From the NCBI RefSeq assembly GCF_009914755.1, contig NC_060928.1: 64,000 nucleotides of DNA. The stretch is one strand, 5' to 3'. This DNA is from the human T2T-CHM13v2.0 reference genome, Homo sapiens. The notes below the pieces were generated by a model. The model was not told where the DNA came from, ran no database searches, and saw only the letters and a program-made list of their open reading frames with translations. Made by a program: the position numbers and the translations under genes. Positions 59,049 through 64,000 of this stretch are shown in pieces (position 1 is the first letter of the stretch; every line of letters begins with the position of its first letter).

Positions 59049-60991
59049 AGCACCTAAGATAGGCTTTGGCATACAAAGATTAATAAAATATGGTCTGCCA
59101 AAGAGTCTACATTCAAATAATGGGGCCAAATACATTAAAGTACAATGAGGTAAAAATATAATAGGATGTAATGAAAATCTATCCTGGAGAGTGAAAGAGC
59201 TCCTAACTTAGCCTCGGTTTCCTGGAGGAGACATCTGAGATGAGTCCCAAAGTTTGAGATATTAGTCAAGTGAATTTGAAGAGAGAATGAGGAGGAAGAA
59301 GGGGCAATGTTCTGAGTCCCCCTACATTATACATATAATATCAGTAGTTGATGGTAGAAAGTGGGAAATGGATGGGTAAGAGTTTGAAGTTTAGTTTGCA
59401 GGCAGTGGACAGCTATTGTAGTATACAGTCAATGAGATCAGATTTACATTTCAGTCAGATGACTTTGGCCAGATAAGTGGAATATAGATTTAAGAAGATA
59501 AGAAATGGAAATAGAAAAAAGAAAGAAATGGAAGGAGAAGAATGAGTTAGGAACCCATGGAACAATTTCAGGCAAGAGTTATTGAAGGTCTGATAAAAAG
59601 CAGTGAAAACTGAGATGGAAAGGGGAAGATAAATTTGAGAAAAATGGAGGCAAAAAGACAAAGTGATTGATTCGAAGAGGAAAAGACATGGAAGGGGTAG
59701 AAAAGGTGAGGGAGAGAGAAATAAAGGAGTCAAGGATGACACCCTCAGACCATGTTAGGCAAGACATTTACTATTTCTAAGTGTCATTAATAAAATGTGT
59801 ACCCTAGATGACCTCCAACATACTTTAAGTCTAAATGTCTATGCATCATTATTATATTGATTATTATATTATTCATTTGTGTCTTCAAAATCTTTTAGAG
59901 CTTGCCCTTACACTAAGGGGCTCCTGGATATTTGAAATTCAGGTATCTGCTTTCTCGAGTATTGTTATGTTCTCTCTTGATATGATGTGTAAATGGAACT
60001 TGTCAGCAGTAACAGTAGCTGCTGACAGCATACCTGCCTATAGCAGTCTTCTCTTCTAAATGTGCTATTTCTGTATATTGTAGGTATGGAAGGAAGTTAG
60101 AGAACTGAGTAATCTCCCTCTCTTCTGAGCTATATGCTCCTTCATTTGTAACTCCCTCTGAGACTTTCTTTATTCTACATTGTTTTACTCTTAGTTGTGT
60201 ACATGCTTTATATGTCCTATTTGGGCTTAAGCCCCTGAGAACAAGAAGCGTTTCTTAATGTTCTTTGTGCCGCTTCATATAAATTGTCCCCTACAGTGCC
60301 TTGCATACAGAACTTAAACAATGCATAGGTGTCTCTTTTGCACCAAGATTGTCAGAATTGTTAATAGATTATGAATAAACTGACTGGGTGAGGACCCAAA
60401 AAGCATTTTTTTTCTGAGTAGATAAACTACAATGCTCAAGGCAGTTCAAAAGTCATTCAGAAAGCCTTTTGCTTAGTTTCTTGTTCTTAACTGTGTTCTA
60501 GATAGATAAAGTTATTAAGAGACAGAGATATGGAACAGCAAAATATTAAAGGAGGAAAAACTTAAGATGACTCAAGTACAATTTGAGAAAAAGGCAACTA
60601 TCATGGAAAGTAAATATAAGAAGTCATCTAGTTTTTAATTAAATGGATTTTGATAAATCTATGTAAGAGTCAAATGTGTACATTGTCAGAGAGCTAAAAA
60701 CTATAACATCCTTTAGGTAATCTTATAAGTGTAATTGGAAAACACATGTCTAGCAGTTTGTATCAACTCTTTAAGTTTATTATCTTACCTGACAAACCAC
60801 ACAGATAAGAAAGTTAAAGCTAAACAGTGTGTTGCTCATTCCAAAATTGTGCCATTAGAGACATCCCTAAGGATTTGACCTTTGTTCAACTGTCATTAAG
60901 ATTATGAAGCCTATACCTCTTACATATGTTTCAATAGAATCATTTTTATAGCACATTGCTTTTTATATCTGTAAAATTTATGACGAAATTT

Positions 60992-61331
<340 letters not shown>

Positions 61332-62152
61332 CTATTCAGAAAAAGAAGGCAAGGAGGCCAAAACTGAGCAATTTACCAGCTTCCTGTAATGGCTCAGAAT
61401 AATTATTCTCCAGCTCCTGAACACCATAGTACACATTTTATTTGGGAGTGTCAATGATGTGGAAAGGTCCAAGTTTGACAAAATTTCAGAAATTAAGAAT
61501 TAAGGACTGTCTATAATTTAAATATTTAAGAAGACAAGAAATCATTCACTTTTGATTTTGTTTTTCAGTTTCTAATGGGTTGCAGAAGCAGGCGGGAGCT
61601 GATTACTATTCACAGATGGCCTAAAGTTTATGTCTCTAGTGTCCTCAGGTTTCCCCATTCCCTACCTAAGTTCTGTCCTTCATGAGGTCTGAAAAAGGGC
61701 TGAGAAATCACAGGCTAATACCATATTGCTCTTTCTCTATATTGATCAAAGTTTGGCAAACATCTTTTTGCACTTAGTTTACTTAAGACAATATTAGACT
61801 TTTCCCAAGATATTTTCAATTAGAAATTAAGCAGAGCAGGAGTCTTCAAAATAAGCATAGAGATGGGATGAGTTTTACAGGGTAAGGACTTTCGATCCAA
61901 ACCTAATTAAAATTTAGTTATAGGTGAATCAGCTCTCACATTGATTATGTTCCAACTACATACTGGGCACTTTGTAAAACACAGGGATAGTAGTAGATCT
62001 CCCATCCAGAAACCTGTAGTCTAACTGGAGAGAGAAGCACATAAACAAAGGAGCTGCTATGATGTGGTAAATGCTAGGACAGACGTATGCACGTATTATT
62101 GAAACTTGCCTTCTTTGTCTTTTACACCTAGACCAGAATTGGCAAATGCATG

Positions 62153-62966
62153 TGTCTTAGTCCATTCGTGCTGCTATAACAAAATATCTGAGACTGGGTA
62201 ATTCATAAATAATAGAAATTTATATCTCACCGTTCTTGAGGTGAGAAAGTCTGCTATTGTTTGGATGTTTGTCCCTTCCGAATCTCATGTTGAAATGTAA
62301 TCCCCAATGTTGGAGGTGGGGCCTGGGGGGAGGTGATTGGATCATAGGGGTGGATTCCTCATGAATGACTTAGCACCATCGCTGTGGTGACGAGTGAGTT
62401 CTCACTCGGTTCACATGAGATCTGGTTGCTTAATAGAATCTGGAACCTCCGCCTTTTCTCTTTTGCCTCTGCTTTCACCATCTGATGTGCCTGCTCCCCC
62501 TTTGCCTTCCACCATGATGATGAGGCCCCCACCCAGAGCAAATGCCAGTGCCATGCTTCCTGTACAGCCCACAGAACCAATTAAATCTCTTTCTTTAGAA
62601 ATTACCTGGCCTCAGGTATTTCTTTATAGAGGTGCAAAAATGGACCAACAAAAATCCAAGATCAAGGAATTGGCAAATTCGTTGTCTTGTGAGGATGCAG
62701 TCTCTGCTTCCAAGGTAGCACCTTTAACACTGTGTCCTCATTTGGCAGAAGGAAGAAGGGCAAAGGGGGATGAACACTATGTCCTCACATGGTGGAAGAG
62801 CGGAAGAGAAGAAATCCACTCCCTCAAGCCCTTTTATAAGAGCCTAATCTCATCCACAAGAGCTCTGCCCTCATGACTTAATCACTTCCTAAAGGCCCTA
62901 CCTCTTAACACTGTCACATTGGCCAAAAGTTTCACGAATTTTAGAGGACACATTCAGGCCACAGCA
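62153..62966 (-). mobile_element. MaLR solo LTR (MSTC/D-like), split by a second LTR
   Basis: 'tgtcttagtccattcgtgctgctataacaaaata..gagaaagtc' resumes at 62652 'aaatccaagatcaagg..cattcaggccacagca'; TSD gcatg / acatg. Confidence 0.85.
62252..62651 (+). mobile_element. MSTB-like solo LTR nested in the opposite orientation
   Basis: 'tgctattgtttggatgtttgtccc..atgttggaggtggggcctgg..aaatggaccaaca'; TSD aagtc / aaatc. Confidence 0.88.
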
Positions 62967-63616
62967 ACATGACACTGTGCCATCACTCATATCTCCTATT
63001 CCATAGCAGTCATTCTTTCCCAGTAAATTTTCACAAGCCTTCTTGTGAAAATACAGTGTGCCACGCAGTTGCTACCAGTAACTGGAACGTGAGATGAAAC
63101 CCATCTGCCTCTCCGTATCTAGGCTTACATCTGCTAGTACCGTATTGGCAGATACTATTTGGGGTCTGATTTCTTGCCCAGCTGGAGATACATACAGAAT
63201 TCTTTAATTTCTGTTTCAGCTTTTTGCATTCCCTTTTAAGTCAACCACTAAGTTATTTACCATGTGAGGAAACCCAAGATCCAAGCTCATTTGCAGAGCA
63301 TAGATAACAGATTTCCCATATGCAATGAAAAAGCTAAGCATACCTCATGCTATCAGCTCCATTCACGTAATATTAATGCTAACTAATATGTTTTGAGTAT
63401 AAACTTAGATGCCATAATACCCGTTATTTTGCAAATAAAAAAACTGAGGATTAGAAAGAGCCAGGATTGGAATCTAGCGGCAGTCAAGGCTCAAGTTTTA
63501 GAATTGTTAACTGCTAGAGTGTTCCACCTTACTTCTCCAGATCCTGGAGAAGTGCAGCATTCCTTCCAGAATTTCTTGATTCTCTTCATATATACCATTT
63601 TTAAAAACTCATTGAA

Positions 63617-63909
<293 letters not shown>

Positions 63910-64000
63910 CAACTCAGTGAGAGTAATAGGCTTAGCCAGGAAAACACATACAGGACAGCAAATTTAGAAAAAATATTAACAACTGGACATTCCAGGTGAA

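Noticed and set aside
63070-63228. ~52-codon minus-strand ORF (MQKAETEIKEFCMYLQLGKK..)
   Set aside because: In-frame stop just upstream, no recognised homology and a length expected by chance

Overview
Primate genomic DNA, most likely hominoid given about 20 Alu elements and a full-length L1PA2-type LINE-1. It is AT-rich and intergenic or deep-intronic; I can support no intact protein-coding gene, CpG-island promoter or spliced gene model. Recognisable content: a 5'-truncated beta-tubulin retropseudogene with mixed TUBB8/TUBB4B character (~3954-4896, +); a full-length but inactivated L1 with target-site duplications (TSDs) (12823-18901, +); a full-length RPS12 processed pseudogene (~42815-43344, -); a 35-nt U2 snRNA fragment (1246-1280); many solo LTRs (MER11, MER4, MST/MLT/THE1); hAT DNA transposon relics (MER45, MER5); old L1/L2/MIR fragments; and a ~300-bp polypurine tract. 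Most other ORFs in the track are chance frames through repeats. I found no convincing novel biological system. The most interesting items are the TUBB4B/TUBB8-intermediate retrocopy and an AluY whose tail was replaced by a locally templated fold-back insertion. Subfamily names and reference comparisons come from remembered consensus sequences, not database searches.
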